A stretch of 64,000 nucleotides of DNA from an uncultured Nitrospiraceae bacterium (lineage in GTDB: Bacteria > Nitrospirota > Thermodesulfovibrionia > Thermodesulfovibrionales > Dissulfurispiraceae), in contig CAVPIW010000006.1 of the NCBI GenBank assembly GCA_963705105.1, forward strand, positions 608,001 through 672,000. The letters are read 5' to 3'. Below are positions 49,764 to 62,369 of this stretch, piece by piece. The translations under genes were made by a program, and so were the position numbers. The notes below the pieces were generated by a model. The model had not been told where the DNA came from, searched no databases, and was given only the letters and a program-made list of their open reading frames with translations. Position 1 is the stretch's first letter; each line of letters opens with the position of its first letter.

Positions 49764-52076
49764 TTGTTGAAACATGGATGGCAAGAAAAACTCTATGAGA
49801 CTTTTTCAGGGATCTCAACCTGGTCCCGGCGTATGCTCGTGGGCGCCCTATCGGTGGTTCGGGGAATCCATAGAATCCGTTTAGGCAAACTGCTTTGGCT
49901 CGTTTACCCCCTCATGTGCACAATAGTCATGACGTCCGCTCTCGTTGCAGCCGGATTTCATTACATCTGTTTTGATCGAACCAACCTGCCTGACATAGAA
50001 CCGTTCGCCCGGTTTGACTTTCCTGCGATCGGCTGCGTCTATGATGCCGATGGCCGGCCGCTCATTGAGGTGGCAAGAGAGTACCGGCGGATCACTCAGT
50101 ATGACGACCTGCCGCCCATTGTTCGTAATGCCATCATCGCCACTGAGGACAAGAACTTCTTCTCACACAGTGGAGTTGACTATTCCACAATTCCTCGCGT
50201 CTTAAGCAAGGTGCGGATAGGCGCCTTGGTGTCCCACCTTACACGATCGGCGGGGAAAGAGGAGGTTACCAGTGGCGGCATCTTCCCGCAAGGCGGATCG
50301 ACAATCACGCAACAGCTCGTGCGAGGTCACTTCCTTAAAAAGCTAACGGCTCAGGAAAACAGCGCACCGCTCCTGCACGGAGCACTTCTGCTCCGCGCAC
50401 TGTCTTACGTGATCGGCCCACGAAGCGTCAACAAGCTGTTTCGGAAGCTGGAGGAGATGAGACTATCGTTGTGGGTCGAGGATGAGATGCAGAAGCGTTT
50501 CGGTTCTAAACGCCGGGCAAAGGAAGAAATTCTGGCACGATATGCCAGCTTTGTTTACATGGGCAACGGTCAGTACGGAATTGCGAGAGCGGCTGAATAC
50601 TACCTTGGTCGGCCTATCAACACGTTCACCGTGGATGATGCTGACAAGGCAGCGCTGCTGGCAGGCATCGCGAAGTCGCCTCGTTTCTATGCGCCCGGCG
50701 CTAAAGAAACCGCGAGAATCTTGCGCCGAAGAAATCAAATCCTGGCTCTTATGGCAGTCAACGGTTTTATCTCTCCGGACAGGGTGAGAGAGGCTGAGCA
50801 ACGCCCGATTCAGGTGGTCGCGCCGCACAGGGACAAAAGGCCTCAGGCGGCGGCGGTCGTTGAAAGTGTCCTGCAGGAGTTAAAAGCCCGCAGCGCCGAC
50901 GTCGGCGTTGAAGACCTTCTGCAGGGACGTATCCATGTTTACTCGACAGTGGACGCCCGTGTGCAGCAAATTATGAATGAGGCGATGGAGCGCGGCCTCG
51001 AGCTTTATGAGAAACGACACCCGAGTTCCAAGGGGCTAATCCAGGGAGCTGTCATCGTGCTGCGGAACGGCGATGCGAGCATCCTCGCCGAGACAGGAGG
51101 TCGTCAGTTTTACAAGGGCCGCTCCACCTCATACGGCGACTTCAACCGCGTCACGCAGTCCCTGCGACAATCCGGATCCGCAATGAAGCCCATTGTCTAC
51201 CTCGCTGCTTTTCAGCAGGGAACATTTACCCTTGAGTCTATGGTTCCCGACGAACCGATCGGTGTTCCGGATAGAGGGGGAAAAAGTACGAAATGGGTCT
51301 CAAACTACGATGGCAAATTCAAGGGCGTGATCACACTCCGGGAGGCGCTTGCAGAATCCAGAAATACCGTTACGATTTGGGTTGCAGAGCAAATCGGCAT
51401 TGACAGCGTCCTGCGGACGTCTTGGAGGCTGGGGATCCAGACGCCGTTGCACCCATACGCCTCGACTGCGTTGGGCGCCTCGGAAGTGAATTTACTGGAG
51501 CTGGCCAATGCATACCGAGCCATGGCATCGGGCATCCTCATCCAGCCGTATGTAATCCGGAAAATCGTCCGCGATCTGGGCGAGGTAGGGGCTGATAAAG
51601 AGGGCAAGCTGTCGCCGGTCGAGGTCCACGACGACGCTCTTTCTCTCATTCAGGAGGGCCTGCGCGGTGTCGTGCGAATTCCCACCGGTACGGCTCATGC
51701 ACTTGACTCCAGAGGTTTCCCGATCGCCGTTATGGGAAAGACAGGGACGACAAATGATTTCAGGGATGCGCTCTTCATAGGCTCGACGTACGGCCGCGAA
51801 GGAATCACTATAGCGGTCCGCATAGGCTTTGACGACAACCGTTCCCTCGGGCCGGAAGAAACCGGCGGCAGGGTAGCTCTTCCGGTGTTCAAGGAAATCA
51901 TGCTCAGAGTATACCGAGAAAGGCTTGCAGGGCCTGTGCCGGAGTTTCCTGCTCAAATGGAACGGAATATTAACGCTTACCTTAAAGGCCATTCGGCCGG
52001 AACGGCAGCGGTGACAGACACTTCTCTTGCTGCGATGTCTGAATTTCGGGTCGTCTCTGCCGATCAGGAGAGATGA
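49764..52076 (+). CDS. Class A penicillin-binding protein (GT51 + transpeptidase)
   Basis: EDKNFFSHSGVD, GGSTITQQ and RKLEE (GT51); SAMK, SRN and KTG (transpeptidase). Confidence 0.9.
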   Translation: MLKHGWQEKLYETFSGISTWSRRMLVGALSVVRGIHRIRLGKLLWLVYPLMCTIVMTSALVAAGFHYICFDRTNLPDIEPFARFDFPAIGCVYDADGRPLIEVAREYRRITQYDDLPPIVRNAIIATEDKNFFSHSGVDYSTIPRVLSKVRIGALVSHLTRSAGKEEVTSGGIFPQGGSTITQQLVRGHFLKKLTAQENSAPLLHGALLLRALSYVIGPRSVNKLFRKLEEMRLSLWVEDEMQKRFGSKRRAKEEILARYASFVYMGNGQYGIARAAEYYLGRPINTFTVDDADKAALLAGIAKSPRFYAPGAKETARILRRRNQILALMAVNGFISPDRVREAEQRPIQVVAPHRDKRPQAAAVVESVLQELKARSADVGVEDLLQGRIHVYSTVDARVQQIMNEAMERGLELYEKRHPSSKGLIQGAVIVLRNGDASILAETGGRQFYKGRSTSYGDFNRVTQSLRQSGSAMKPIVYLAAFQQGTFTLESMVPDEPIGVPDRGGKSTKWVSNYDGKFKGVITLREALAESRNTVTIWVAEQIGIDSVLRTSWRLGIQTPLHPYASTALGASEVNLLELANAYRAMASGILIQPYVIRKIVRDLGEVGADKEGKLSPVEVHDDALSLIQEGLRGVVRIPTGTAHALDSRGFPIAVMGKTGTTNDFRDALFIGSTYGREGITIAVRIGFDDNRSLGPEETGGRVALPVFKEIMLRVYRERLAGPVPEFPAQMERNINAYLKGHSAGTAAVTDTSLAAMSEFRVVSADQER

Positions 52077-52109
52077 GGAGTTGCGTTCAATTCAGGGACG
52101 AAGGCCCTC

Positions 52110-55100
52110 TTGCCTTCCAGTTGCATGGATAACAAAGTGAGGAGACCCCTGAGTTATAGAAAACCATTGGCTTTCAGAATGAAGGAGACTTCAAGGTTGA
52201 AGGTGAGAGACAAGACCATGCTCGGAAGCCTACCTCTATTGCGTGCGGGCTTCCGCGAAGCAGACCTGGCAGAAAAGTGCGCCGTCTGCGAGCCTCCGTT
52301 GAGATCGGAGTTGTTCAGCAGCGATCAGATGGAGCAGCATGGCAAGACCCTGGCGGGCTTGCACAAATTGAGCCCCCTCTATCCTCCTGATCAGCTCCTG
52401 GCCAGACTGGCCGAGAATGAAGGCATCCTGACCGGAACCCGTCGCCTGCTGACGGAGGCGGTCGCGACGGGTCGTCGGATTACGCCGGCAGGTGACTGGT
52501 TGCTCGATAACTTCTATCTGATCGAAGAACAGATACGCACGGCCAGGAGACACCTGCCGAAGGGCTACAGCCGGGAGCTTCCCCGCTTGCGGGACGGCCT
52601 TTCGGCCGGACTTCCGCGCGTGTATGACATCGCTTTGGAGACGATCTCACACAGCGATGGGCGCATAGATCCGCAAAGCCTCAGCAAATTCGTTGCTGCC
52701 TACCAGACAGTCACCGTCCTGAAGTTGGGAGAACTGTGGGCCATCCCTATTATGCTGCGGCTCGCGTTGATCGAGAATCTCCGGCGCGTTGGGGCACGGA
52801 TCGCTGCCGACAGGCTCGACAGAAACCAGGCTGATTATTGGGCGGACAGGATTACCGAGATCGCGGGGAAGGACCCGAAGAGTCTGATATTGGTCATGGC
52901 GGACATGGCGCGGTCGGACCCGCCTCTGAAGAGCGCGTTCGTTGCGGAATTTGCCCGCCGGCTTCAGGGCCGGGGCCCCGCACTGGCAATGCCGCTCACA
53001 TGGATTGAGCAGCGACTCCTGGAGTGCAGTCTCACGATCGAACATCTGGTGCAGTCCGAGAACCAGCAACAGGCGGCTGATCAGGTCTCGATGAGCAACA
53101 GCATCGGCAGCCTCCGCTTCCTCGGCATGATGGACTGGCGCGAGTTCGTCGAGACGATGAGCATTGTCGAGCAGACCCTGCGTGATGATACGGGCGGTAC
53201 ATACGGCAGAATGGACTTCTCCACCCGTGACCGTTACCGCCACGTAGTGGAGAAAATGGCAAAGAGCGGCCGTCTGTCGGAAGACGAGGTGGCAGCCGAA
53301 GCGGTGCGGCTCGCGCATGAAAGCGCGGCCGGCAAAGACGGCGGTCAGGGTGGTGATGATCGCGCCGCCCATGTGGGCTATTATCTGATCGACAAGGGAT
53401 TGCCGCGGCTTGAAGAGCTGGCGCAGTTGCGATTGTCCGTCTCCGGGGCCCTTCGGAAAGTGGGTTCCCGGTTTCCCCTGCTTCTCTATCTGGGCGCGAT
53501 CACGTTCATGACGGCGATTTTTACCGGTGGGTTGCTGGCGAAGGCGTATGCTGACGGCTTGCCTCTTTGGCTGCTCGTGACGACCGGTATCCTCTCAGCG
53601 TTGTGTGCAAGCCAGCTCGCTCTTGCAGTGGTGAACTGGCTTGCGACATTGCTGGTCATTCCGCTGCCGCTGCCGCGAATGGACTTTTCCAAAGGCATCC
53701 CGCCTGAGTCCCGGACCCTCACGATTGTCCCGACTATGCTGACAAACGCCCAGGGCATCGAGGACCTGATCGAAGGTCTGGAAGTCAGGTTCCTTGCAAA
53801 TCGCGACGACAACCTGCACTTCGGCCTGCTGACCGATTTTCAGGATGCGGCAGAGGAAACACTGCCGGAGGACGAACCGCTGTTACTGCTGGCCCGGCAG
53901 AGAATCGAGGGACTGAATGAAAAGTACGGGAACACAAAAGGCGACAGGTTCTTCCTTTTTCACCGCCCGCGCAGGTGGAATGCCCGGGACCGGGTCTGGA
54001 TGGGTTATGAGCGCAAGCGGGGCAAGCTGGCGGCATTGAATGCCTTTTTGCGCGGCAGGAAGGATGACGGAACAGATGGTCTCTCCGGAAATCCCTTCTC
54101 GCTTGTCGTCGGTAATACGGAAATCCTGTCCGACGTAAAGTACGTGATCACCCTTGATACGGATACTCAGCTGCCGCGCGATGCGGCGCGGCAATTTGTG
54201 GGAACCATGGCGCACCCGCTGAACCGTGCGCATTACGACGAAGGCAGGCAGCGCGTCGTTGCCGGGTACGGCATCCTTCAGCCGCGTGTCGCGGTGAGCC
54301 TGCCGGGCACAAACCGCTCTCGGTATGCGCGCCTGTACGGGAGTGATCCCGGCATCGACCCTTACACGCGCGCCGTCTCGGATGTTTACCAGGACGTCTT
54401 CGGTGAAGGCTCCTTTACCGGCAAGGGAATCTATGACGTCGACGCATTCGAGAGGACCCTGGGCGGACGTTTTCCCGATAACCGAATCCTCAGCCACGAT
54501 CTTATCGAAGGGTGTTACGCCCGTGCAGGGCTGTTGAGTGACGTCATGGTCTACGAGGAGTATCCATCCCGCTACAGCGCGGACGTGAGCCGCCGGCACC
54601 GTTGGATTCGCGGGGATTGGCAGCTTCTGCGCTGGCTGCTGCCGGCAGTTCCCGGCCCTGAAGGGCTGCGCCAAAAAAACCCTCTCTCGCTATTGTCCCG
54701 ATGGAAGCTCTTCGACAATCTTCGGCGCAGTCTCGCGCCATCGGCATTGATACTACTCTTGCTGCTGGGCTGGGCGGTCATGTCATCGCCGTGGTTCTGG
54801 ACCTTGTCGGTGATGGGGATCATTTTTATTCCTTCTTTGATAACCTCTGTCCTGGACTTGCTCAAGAAGCCGGACGATATACATTTTGCGCAGCATCTCC
54901 CTGACGTCGGACGCTCCACCGCCGGGCGTCTTGTTCAGGTTGTCTTTACGCTTGCCTGTCTCCCCTACGAGGCGTTTTTCAGTCTCGATGCGATTGTGCG
55001 GACGACCTGGAGAATGCTGGTTGCACGCAAGCGGCTCCTCGAATGGAGTCCTTCGGGCGACGCGGATAAAAATACCCGCAGCTCCCGTATGGGTGGTCTC

Positions 55101-58100
55101 GCCGGTGTCTGCCGGACGATGTGGTTCGCTCCCCTTCTTGCCTCGGCAGCGATAGTCTGTCTGGCCCTTTCCAACCCCGCCGCCCTGGGAGCGGCTGTGC
55201 CCATACTGTTGCTCTGGTTTGCCTCACCCGTTATCGCCTGGCGGATCAGCATGCCTCTTTCCCGCAAGGAAGCGGGGCTCATGCCCGACCAGACCGCTTT
55301 TCTCCAAAAGCTTTCCCGAAAGACCTGGGCCTTCTTCGAGACCTTCGTCGGCCCCGAAGAGCATTGGCTGCCGCCTGATAACTTTCAGGAGCACCCTGCC
55401 CCTGCCGTTGCTCACCGCACGTCTCCCACGAACATGGGACTTTCGCTGCTGGCGAATTTGTCCGCCTATGACTTCGGCTACATTTCGATGGGGCAGCTCA
55501 TCGAACGCACGACGCGTGCCCTCTCCACGATGGAGGCACTGGAGCGCTATGAGGGCCATTTTTATAACTGGTACGACACGCAGTCTCTGAATCCCCTGCC
55601 TCCCCGGTACGTTTCGACGGTGGACAGCGGGAACCTTGCGGGCCATCTGCTGACGCTGCGGCAGGGGCTGCTTGAGCTTCCCGACCGGACGGTCCTGGGT
55701 CCACGGGTGTTTGAGGGACTCCGCGACACGCTATGGGCGCTCCTGGAGGCCGTTGCCGAAGAGCGTCTTGGAGGCGCCGTTTTTGCCGTGCTCGGTCAAC
55801 TGGAGACGGATCTGGAAGAGGCGTGCAGCGTGCCACCGGCTGAGCCGGCGGCGGCGCGGCTCCGCCTCGAACAACTCGCACGGCAGGCTGAGGAGGCCTT
55901 TTCCAGTATAGTTATGCGGGGTGGCGGCCAGGAGAATCAGGCCGGATGGTGGGCGAGCGCCTTTGCCGGGCAATGCCGGGACGCACTCGGGGAACTGACG
56001 CTTCTTGCTCCTTCGTCAGCTCCCGGCATTGACGGGATACCGACGCTCCGCGCACTGGCGGACATGGGAAACGGTCCCGCCGCTGAGAGAATCAGGGCTA
56101 TCGAAAAGCTCGTGCTGCATTCGGGCGAACTCAGCCGCATGCAGTATGACTTCCTGTTGGACCGGTCGAGTCATTTGCTGGCCATCGGGTACAACGTCGA
56201 CGACCGCAGGCGGGACGCGAGTTACTACGACCTGCTGGCTTCGGAAGCGAGGCTCTGCACTTTCGTTGCCATTGCTCAGGGGCAAGTACCGCAGGAGAGC
56301 TGGTTCGCCCTGGGCCGCCTGCTCACGAACATCGGGGGAGAGCCGATCCTCGTTTCCTGGAGCGGTTCGATGTTCGAATACCTCATGCCGCTCCTGGTCA
56401 TGCCGGCGTATGAGCGGACGCTGCTCGACGAGACCTGCAAGGCGGCGGTGGCCAGGCAGATCGAGTATGGGAGGAAGCGCGGGGTACCCTGGGGCATTTC
56501 GGAATCCGGCTACAACACAATCGACGCTCATCTCAACTACCAGTACCGCGCCTTCGGCGTTCCCGGACTGGGACTCAAACGCGGGCTCGCCGACGATCTG
56601 GTCATTGCGCCCTATGCCTCGGCGCTCGCGCTGATGGTGGCGCCCGAGGAGGCGTGCCTGAATATGCAGCGGCTCGCTGCGGAAGGACGTGAGGGCATAT
56701 TCGGCTTCTATGAAGCAATCGATTACACTCCTTCACGTTTGCCGCACAGACAATCGAGTGTCGTGATCCGGTCATTTATGGCTCATCACATGGGCATGAG
56801 CTTTCTCTCCCTGGCCTATCTGCTTCTGGACCGTCCGATGCAGAAGCGATTCGAGTCGGACCCCTTGTTTCAGGCAACGACGCTTCTGCTTCAGGAGCGT
56901 GTACCGAGGGCCGCGGGATTCCATCCGCAGACCGCCGACCTCTCCGTATCACAGACGGCTGCCACCGCAGAGGAGACCTCCGTGCGCTTTTTCAACAGCC
57001 CGGACACGCCCTTTCCCCAGGTGCAGTTGCTGTCGAACGGCAGGTACCACGTGATGATCACGAACGCCGGCGGCGGGTACAGCCGATGGAAGGACATCGC
57101 AATCACGCGCTGGCGTGAAGACAGTACCTGCGACGACTGGGGCACGTTTTGTTATATCCGTGAGGTGGCGAGCGGTGAGTTCTGGTCAGCGGCATATCAG
57201 CCGGCGCTCAAAGGGTCGAGGCATTATGAGGCGATTTTCTCGGAAGGCCGGGCCGAGTTTCGCCGCCGGGACCACGACTTCGAGACACACACCGAGATCG
57301 CTGTTTCTCCCGAGGATGATATTGAGCTGCGCCGGATTACGATCACCAACCGCGGCCGGACACGCAGGGAGATCGACGTCACGAGTTACGCCGAGGTCGT
57401 CCTTGCTTCACCTGCCGCAGACATGCTGCATCCTGCGTTCAGCAATCTTTTTGTTCAGACGGAGATTATCGGTCACAGGCAGGCGATCCTCTGTACCCGC
57501 CGCCCCCGCTCCGTCGAGGAGCACTCGCCTTGGATGTTTCATCTGATGGCCGTCCACGGGACGGAGACGGGCGAGGTTTCCTATGAGACCGACCGCCTGC
57601 GGTTCATCGGTCGCGGAAACACCGTTGCCGACCCGCAGGCCCTGAGCGGCCCGGCCGCGTCAGAAAAAACGGGCGGGTCTGCCGCGCTTTCGGGCAGTGA
57701 GGGCTCAGTGCTCGATCCGATTGTCGCCATACGGTATCGCATAGTCCTTGATCCGGAAAAATCGGCAACGATAAACATTGTCACCGGTATCGGTGAAACC
57801 CGCGACATCTGTATGGGCCTCGTGGAAAAATACCAGGACCGGTATCTTGCAGACCGCGTCTTTGAGCTCGCATGGACACACAGCCAGGTGCTCCTGCGGC
57901 AGATCAACGCCACGGAGTCCGATGCGCAGCTCTATGGACGACTTGCCGGCGCCGTGATCTACGCCAATTCTTCGCTGCGCGCCGACCCGGGCGTTCTCAT
58001 CACAAACCGCCGCGGGCAATCAGGTCTGTGGGGTTACGCCATTTCCGGCGACCTCCCGATCGTGCTGTTGCAGATCGGAGACCCGGCCAACATCGACCTG

Positions 58101-60857
58101 GTGCGCCAGCTCGTCCAGGCCCACGCATACTGGCGTCTCAAAGGACTGGAAGTGGACCTCGTGATCTGGAACGAGGATCACGCCGGCTACCGGCAGGTCC
58201 TGCAGGAGCAGATCATGGGACTCATTGCCGCAGGCGTCGAGGCGAACGTGATGGATCGACCGGGCGGCATCTTCGTGAGACCTGCAGACCAGATATCGGG
58301 CGAGGACCGCATCCTGTTTCAGACGGTCAGCCGCGCCATCATCACCGACACACTCGGCCCGCTCGCGGACCAGATCAATCGCCGCAGTATTATGCCGCTT
58401 GCAGTACCGCGCCTTGCCCCGACCGGGAGCCCCCGCACAGAATCTGCGACTGCCGGGGCGATGACCCGCAGCGATCTGCTGTTCTTCAACGGACTCGGTG
58501 GATTCACCCCTGACGGCCACGAGTACATCATCACGACGGCCCGCGAACAGGTGACGCCGGCGCCCTGGGTGAATGTGATCGCCAACGCGCACTTCGGAAC
58601 GGTTGTTTCGGAAAGCGGAGGCGCGTACACCTGGAGCGAGAATGCCCATGAGTTCCGCCTCACCCCCTGGTGCAACGATCCGGTCAGCGATGCTGGCGGA
58701 GAAGCTTTTTACCTCCGCGATGAAGAGAGCGGCCTCTTCTGGTCCCCTTCGCCGCTGCCGGGCCGGGGGGCGATGCATTACGTCAGCCGCCATGGATTCG
58801 GCTACAGTGTCTTTGAACATACGGAGGACGGCATAAGATCAGAGATGTGGATTTACGTGGCGATGGATGCGTCGGTCAAGTTGACGGTATTGAAGGTAAG
58901 AAACGAATCGGGCCGGTCCCGCCGGCTCTCGGCCACCGGGTATGTGGAATTGGTGCTGGGAGATCTGCGGCAGAAAACGGCAATGCATGTGAGCACCGAA
59001 ATCGACCCCAAAACAGGCGCGCTTTTCTGCCGGAACCCGTACAACACGGAGTTTGCCGGGCGGACCGCCTTCTTCGACACCGATGAGACGACCCGCACCG
59101 TGAGCGGCGACCGGACGGAGTTCCTTGGCCGTAACGGCACGCTCCGGAGCCCGGAGGCGATGACCGGCGCGTGGCTTTCAGGCAGGGTGGGGGCCGCCCT
59201 GGACCCCTGCGCCGCTATCCAGGTCCCCTTCGATCTTGCCGACGGGCAGGAGCGGGAGATCATCTTCAGGCTTGGCGTGGGACGGGATTCATTTGAGGCC
59301 GGCCAACTGGTACACCGCTTCCGCGGATCTGCCGCCGCGCGCGGGGCGCTCGAAAAGGTCTGGCAGCACTGGAATCACACCCTCGGAGCGGTGCAGGTTG
59401 AAACACCGGACCAGTCCGTCAATGTACTGGCCAACGGGTGGCTCTTATATCAAACTCTGGCCTGTCGTCTTTGGGCGCGGAGCGGATACTACCAGTCCGG
59501 GGGCGCCTTCGGCTTCCGCGACCAGTTGCAGGACGTGATGGCGCTTATCCACTCCGAGCCCTCGCTCGTGCGCGAACACCTCCTGCTCTGCGCAGCCCGT
59601 CAGTTCAGGGAGGGAGACGTCCAGCACTGGTGGCATCCCCCTTCAGGACGGGGCGTGCGCACACACTGTTCGGACGACCTTCTCTGGTTGCCCCTGGCTG
59701 TGTGCCGTTATGTGCTGACGACCGGAGACACGGGAGTGCTGGATGAAACCGTCCGCTTCATCGAGGGCCGGCCGGTAAACAAGGACGAGGACTCGTATTA
59801 CGATCTTCCCCACGCGTCCGAAGAGACGGCGAGTTTGTACGATCACTGTGTGCGGGCCATTCTGGGGGGCCTCAGCCGCGGCGAACACGGATTGCCCCTC
59901 ATCGGCTCGGGTGATTGGAACGACGGCATGAACATGGTGGGCGCTCACGGCAGGGGTGAGAGCGTTTGGCTGGCATTCTTCCTTTATAAAGTGCTCATGG
60001 AGTTCTGCGGGATTGCCCGTCTGCACGGTGATCCGCCCTTTGCCGAACGCTGCCGGGAGGAAGCTGCTCAACTGCTCAGAAGTATCGAAGAGCATGGCTG
60101 GGACGGCGAGTGGTACCGGCGCGCCTACTTTGATGACGGCTCCCCCCTGGGTTCGGCAGGCAATCCCGAATGCCGGATCGACTCCATAGCGCAGAGCTGG
60201 TCCGTTCTCTCCGGCGCCGGGGATGCCGGACGCTCGCAGACGGCAATGGAAGCGGTGGACAGGCGCCTTGTTCGACGGGACCATGGCCTTATCCAGCTCC
60301 TCGATCCGCCCTTCGACACATCGGATCTGAATCCCGGCTATATAAAGGGATACGTCCCGGGTGTACGGGAGAACGGGGGGCAATACACGCATGCGGCGAT
60401 CTGGACGGTGATGGCCTTTGCCGCGTTGGGCGACCGCAGTCGCGCATGGGAACTGCTGGCAATGATCAACCCGGTGAACCATGGGAGGACCAGGGAGGAA
60501 ACAGCGACGTATAAAGTTGAACCCTACGTCGTCGCTGCCGACGTCTATGCGGTCTCGCCGCATACCGGCCGCGGCGGATGGACATGGTACACGGGATCGG
60601 CAGGCTGGATGTACAGGCTTATCCTTGAATCACTCCTTGGGCTGAGGCGCGAAGGAGACAGGCTACGTTTCACGCCCTGTCTGCCCGGGGACTGGGAAGC
60701 GTTCAGTGTGCATTACCGGTACGGGGAGACCGTCTATCACATCAACGTTCTTCAACGGGGCGGCGGCAGTGCAGCGGGTGTGACCGTCGATGGCGCTAAT
60801 ACCCTGATAGGCACGTTCGTCCGGCAACTGGCTGCACGCCTCAGGTTGACCGGCTGA
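52110..60857 (+). CDS. ndvB: Cyclic beta-1,2-glucan synthase (Cgs/NdvB/ChvB) with GH94 phosphorylase region; start uncertain, native C-terminus displaced to 60896-60976
   Basis: About 2900 aa; [55 protein letters not shown] and ENGGQYTH motifs. Confidence 0.93.
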   Translation: MPSSCMDNKVRRPLSYRKPLAFRMKETSRLKVRDKTMLGSLPLLRAGFREADLAEKCAVCEPPLRSELFSSDQMEQHGKTLAGLHKLSPLYPPDQLLARLAENEGILTGTRRLLTEAVATGRRITPAGDWLLDNFYLIEEQIRTARRHLPKGYSRELPRLRDGLSAGLPRVYDIALETISHSDGRIDPQSLSKFVAAYQTVTVLKLGELWAIPIMLRLALIENLRRVGARIAADRLDRNQADYWADRITEIAGKDPKSLILVMADMARSDPPLKSAFVAEFARRLQGRGPALAMPLTWIEQRLLECSLTIEHLVQSENQQQAADQVSMSNSIGSLRFLGMMDWREFVETMSIVEQTLRDDTGGTYGRMDFSTRDRYRHVVEKMAKSGRLSEDEVAAEAVRLAHESAAGKDGGQGGDDRAAHVGYYLIDKGLPRLEELAQLRLSVSGALRKVGSRFPLLLYLGAITFMTAIFTGGLLAKAYADGLPLWLLVTTGILSALCASQLALAVVNWLATLLVIPLPLPRMDFSKGIPPESRTLTIVPTMLTNAQGIEDLIEGLEVRFLANRDDNLHFGLLTDFQDAAEETLPEDEPLLLLARQRIEGLNEKYGNTKGDRFFLFHRPRRWNARDRVWMGYERKRGKLAALNAFLRGRKDDGTDGLSGNPFSLVVGNTEILSDVKYVITLDTDTQLPRDAARQFVGTMAHPLNRAHYDEGRQRVVAGYGILQPRVAVSLPGTNRSRYARLYGSDPGIDPYTRAVSDVYQDVFGEGSFTGKGIYDVDAFERTLGGRFPDNRILSHDLIEGCYARAGLLSDVMVYEEYPSRYSADVSRRHRWIRGDWQLLRWLLPAVPGPEGLRQKNPLSLLSRWKLFDNLRRSLAPSALILLLLLGWAVMSSPWFWTLSVMGIIFIPSLITSVLDLLKKPDDIHFAQHLPDVGRSTAGRLVQVVFTLACLPYEAFFSLDAIVRTTWRMLVARKRLLEWSPSGDADKNTRSSRMGGLAGVCRTMWFAPLLASAAIVCLALSNPAALGAAVPILLLWFASPVIAWRISMPLSRKEAGLMPDQTAFLQKLSRKTWAFFETFVGPEEHWLPPDNFQEHPAPAVAHRTSPTNMGLSLLANLSAYDFGYISMGQLIERTTRALSTMEALERYEGHFYNWYDTQSLNPLPPRYVSTVDSGNLAGHLLTLRQGLLELPDRTVLGPRVFEGLRDTLWALLEAVAEERLGGAVFAVLGQLETDLEEACSVPPAEPAAARLRLEQLARQAEEAFSSIVMRGGGQENQAGWWASAFAGQCRDALGELTLLAPSSAPGIDGIPTLRALADMGNGPAAERIRAIEKLVLHSGELSRMQYDFLLDRSSHLLAIGYNVDDRRRDASYYDLLASEARLCTFVAIAQGQVPQESWFALGRLLTNIGGEPILVSWSGSMFEYLMPLLVMPAYERTLLDETCKAAVARQIEYGRKRGVPWGISESGYNTIDAHLNYQYRAFGVPGLGLKRGLADDLVIAPYASALALMVAPEEACLNMQRLAAEGREGIFGFYEAIDYTPSRLPHRQSSVVIRSFMAHHMGMSFLSLAYLLLDRPMQKRFESDPLFQATTLLLQERVPRAAGFHPQTADLSVSQTAATAEETSVRFFNSPDTPFPQVQLLSNGRYHVMITNAGGGYSRWKDIAITRWREDSTCDDWGTFCYIREVASGEFWSAAYQPALKGSRHYEAIFSEGRAEFRRRDHDFETHTEIAVSPEDDIELRRITITNRGRTRREIDVTSYAEVVLASPAADMLHPAFSNLFVQTEIIGHRQAILCTRRPRSVEEHSPWMFHLMAVHGTETGEVSYETDRLRFIGRGNTVADPQALSGPAASEKTGGSAALSGSEGSVLDPIVAIRYRIVLDPEKSATINIVTGIGETRDICMGLVEKYQDRYLADRVFELAWTHSQVLLRQINATESDAQLYGRLAGAVIYANSSLRADPGVLITNRRGQSGLWGYAISGDLPIVLLQIGDPANIDLVRQLVQAHAYWRLKGLEVDLVIWNEDHAGYRQVLQEQIMGLIAAGVEANVMDRPGGIFVRPADQISGEDRILFQTVSRAIITDTLGPLADQINRRSIMPLAVPRLAPTGSPRTESATAGAMTRSDLLFFNGLGGFTPDGHEYIITTAREQVTPAPWVNVIANAHFGTVVSESGGAYTWSENAHEFRLTPWCNDPVSDAGGEAFYLRDEESGLFWSPSPLPGRGAMHYVSRHGFGYSVFEHTEDGIRSEMWIYVAMDASVKLTVLKVRNESGRSRRLSATGYVELVLGDLRQKTAMHVSTEIDPKTGALFCRNPYNTEFAGRTAFFDTDETTRTVSGDRTEFLGRNGTLRSPEAMTGAWLSGRVGAALDPCAAIQVPFDLADGQEREIIFRLGVGRDSFEAGQLVHRFRGSAAARGALEKVWQHWNHTLGAVQVETPDQSVNVLANGWLLYQTLACRLWARSGYYQSGGAFGFRDQLQDVMALIHSEPSLVREHLLLCAARQFREGDVQHWWHPPSGRGVRTHCSDDLLWLPLAVCRYVLTTGDTGVLDETVRFIEGRPVNKDEDSYYDLPHASEETASLYDHCVRAILGGLSRGEHGLPLIGSGDWNDGMNMVGAHGRGESVWLAFFLYKVLMEFCGIARLHGDPPFAERCREEAAQLLRSIEEHGWDGEWYRRAYFDDGSPLGSAGNPECRIDSIAQSWSVLSGAGDAGRSQTAMEAVDRRLVRRDHGLIQLLDPPFDTSDLNPGYIKGYVPGVRENGGQYTHAAIWTVMAFAALGDRSRAWELLAMINPVNHGRTREETATYKVEPYVVAADVYAVSPHTGRGGWTWYTGSAGWMYRLILESLLGLRREGDRLRFTPCLPGDWEAFSVHYRYGETVYHINVLQRGGGSAAGVTVDGANTLIGTFVRQLAARLRLTG

Positions 60858-60895
60858 AAAGCTCGTAGAGCCGGCGATTGAGATCCTGATCGAAG
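60810..60895. repeat. 86-bp direct repeat of 62339-62424
   Basis: 85/86 identical by inspection; corresponds to the 3' end of the DUF362 gene and its flank. Confidence 0.9.
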
Positions 60896-61141
60896 ATTGA
60901 ACAGCCCGACACGGCAATTTCCCTTGCTGACGACCATCAGGAACATTCAGTTGAGGTGAGAATACCCGGCTTGTAAACCTGCCGCGCCTGTTTTCCTTAA
61001 CGCTGCAAAAACGACAGGAAAAGGCGGATGGACACCATTTCAGGCCAACATGGATAACACAACGGAAGATTTGAGGAGCCGTCCGAAGTCGTGGCTGATC
61101 GATATAGTGGAAGAGGAAGGGACGATACATGAACTCCGTTC

Positions 61142-62188
61142 TTGACTGTAATACCACCGTCTGGTAGTGTACAAGTAGTGCTTGCTGTCCCTGCAATGGG
61201 TGACGGCGCGTCAGTTTATTCTTACCTTTGGGGAAAGGTGAGGAGGCATATCATAAAGACCGGTTCCGTCGTCGAGAAGTTTTTTGTCCCCTGTCGGGAG
61301 GACGAACACCTGCATGCCGTTTTGTTCTTGCCGCCGAGCGGAAAACCGGAACGGTTGATTTTCGTCGTTCCCCTCGTCGGATCTCGAGCATCCCAGCAGA
61401 TAATCAACTTCCGCTCCTTTGTAAGAAGGCATTCAGCCCTTTTGTCATTCGAATACCGTGGGCATGGCTTGTCCTCCGGGACATTCAACATGGAGAAAAG
61501 CCGCGAGGACACGATCGTCATGCTGCAGTGGGCGATAGATTATGCGCGCGGGCACGGAATCCCCCTGCATGCGATGTCCACGTGTTACAGCACCCTGAGT
61601 CTTCTGTCATGCTTCAGGGAAGGGGCCGGGGACCACGGCATAACGACGATAGGCGCGATTTCCGGCCTTGTGGATACGCGCCGCATTTTGAGTTACCAGG
61701 GTTTCGCTGGCTTCTACGAGATGCATACCGACCAGCCTCCCCTTGACGCAGGTGAATTCTTTCAAAGTCTTGAAGAGGGCGTTATCGATCACGGGAGCGC
61801 CTCTTTCAGACAGGCCCTCTGTATGTACATGAGGGACTTGTTCCCGGAGCTCAGGATCACGCATGATTCGTTCGAGGAGCTCCAGTATTCCCGCGTAGAC
61901 CATATTGCTACATTGAGACAGTTCCATACGTTTGATCCCCTGAAGGGCATCAGGGTTCCGGAAGAGGTTCCCTGCCTTTTCTACTATGGTGTCAACGACG
62001 ATCTCATGGAATTGACGACGCCCGAAGGGAGAGCACGGTACACGTCACAGATAAAGGCGCTGGTTCCACAGGCAGAGATTCGGTGGGGAAATTTTGATCA
62101 TTTCGGCAGGGGAGCGGACAGAGACCGTGTCCTGCAACGGTTCTGCGATTTTTTTGAGATGAATGAGCACACTGGGGTCATAGTCTGA
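61142..62188 (+). CDS. Alpha/beta-hydrolase-fold protein (start possibly 61196)
   Basis: EYRGHGLSSG, STCYS elbow, GVNDD and FDHF. Confidence 0.7.
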   Translation: MTVIPPSGSVQVVLAVPAMGDGASVYSYLWGKVRRHIIKTGSVVEKFFVPCREDEHLHAVLFLPPSGKPERLIFVVPLVGSRASQQIINFRSFVRRHSALLSFEYRGHGLSSGTFNMEKSREDTIVMLQWAIDYARGHGIPLHAMSTCYSTLSLLSCFREGAGDHGITTIGAISGLVDTRRILSYQGFAGFYEMHTDQPPLDAGEFFQSLEEGVIDHGSASFRQALCMYMRDLFPELRITHDSFEELQYSRVDHIATLRQFHTFDPLKGIRVPEEVPCLFYYGVNDDLMELTTPEGRARYTSQIKALVPQAEIRWGNFDHFGRGADRDRVLQRFCDFFEMNEHTGVIV

Positions 62189-62369
62189 GGCTGGTCCTGC
62201 GCTGCAAAGAAAGGACGCGGCGGAGGCTACTCAAGACTCCATCCAGGACCTCACACTGCCAACAGGTCAGAGTTCCTGAGTTTTTTCAATTGGACGCCGC
62301 ATCGTGCATCAGCTGCAGCCGTGGCTGATGCCCCGCCGGGCACGTTCGTCCGGCAGCTGGCTGCACGCC

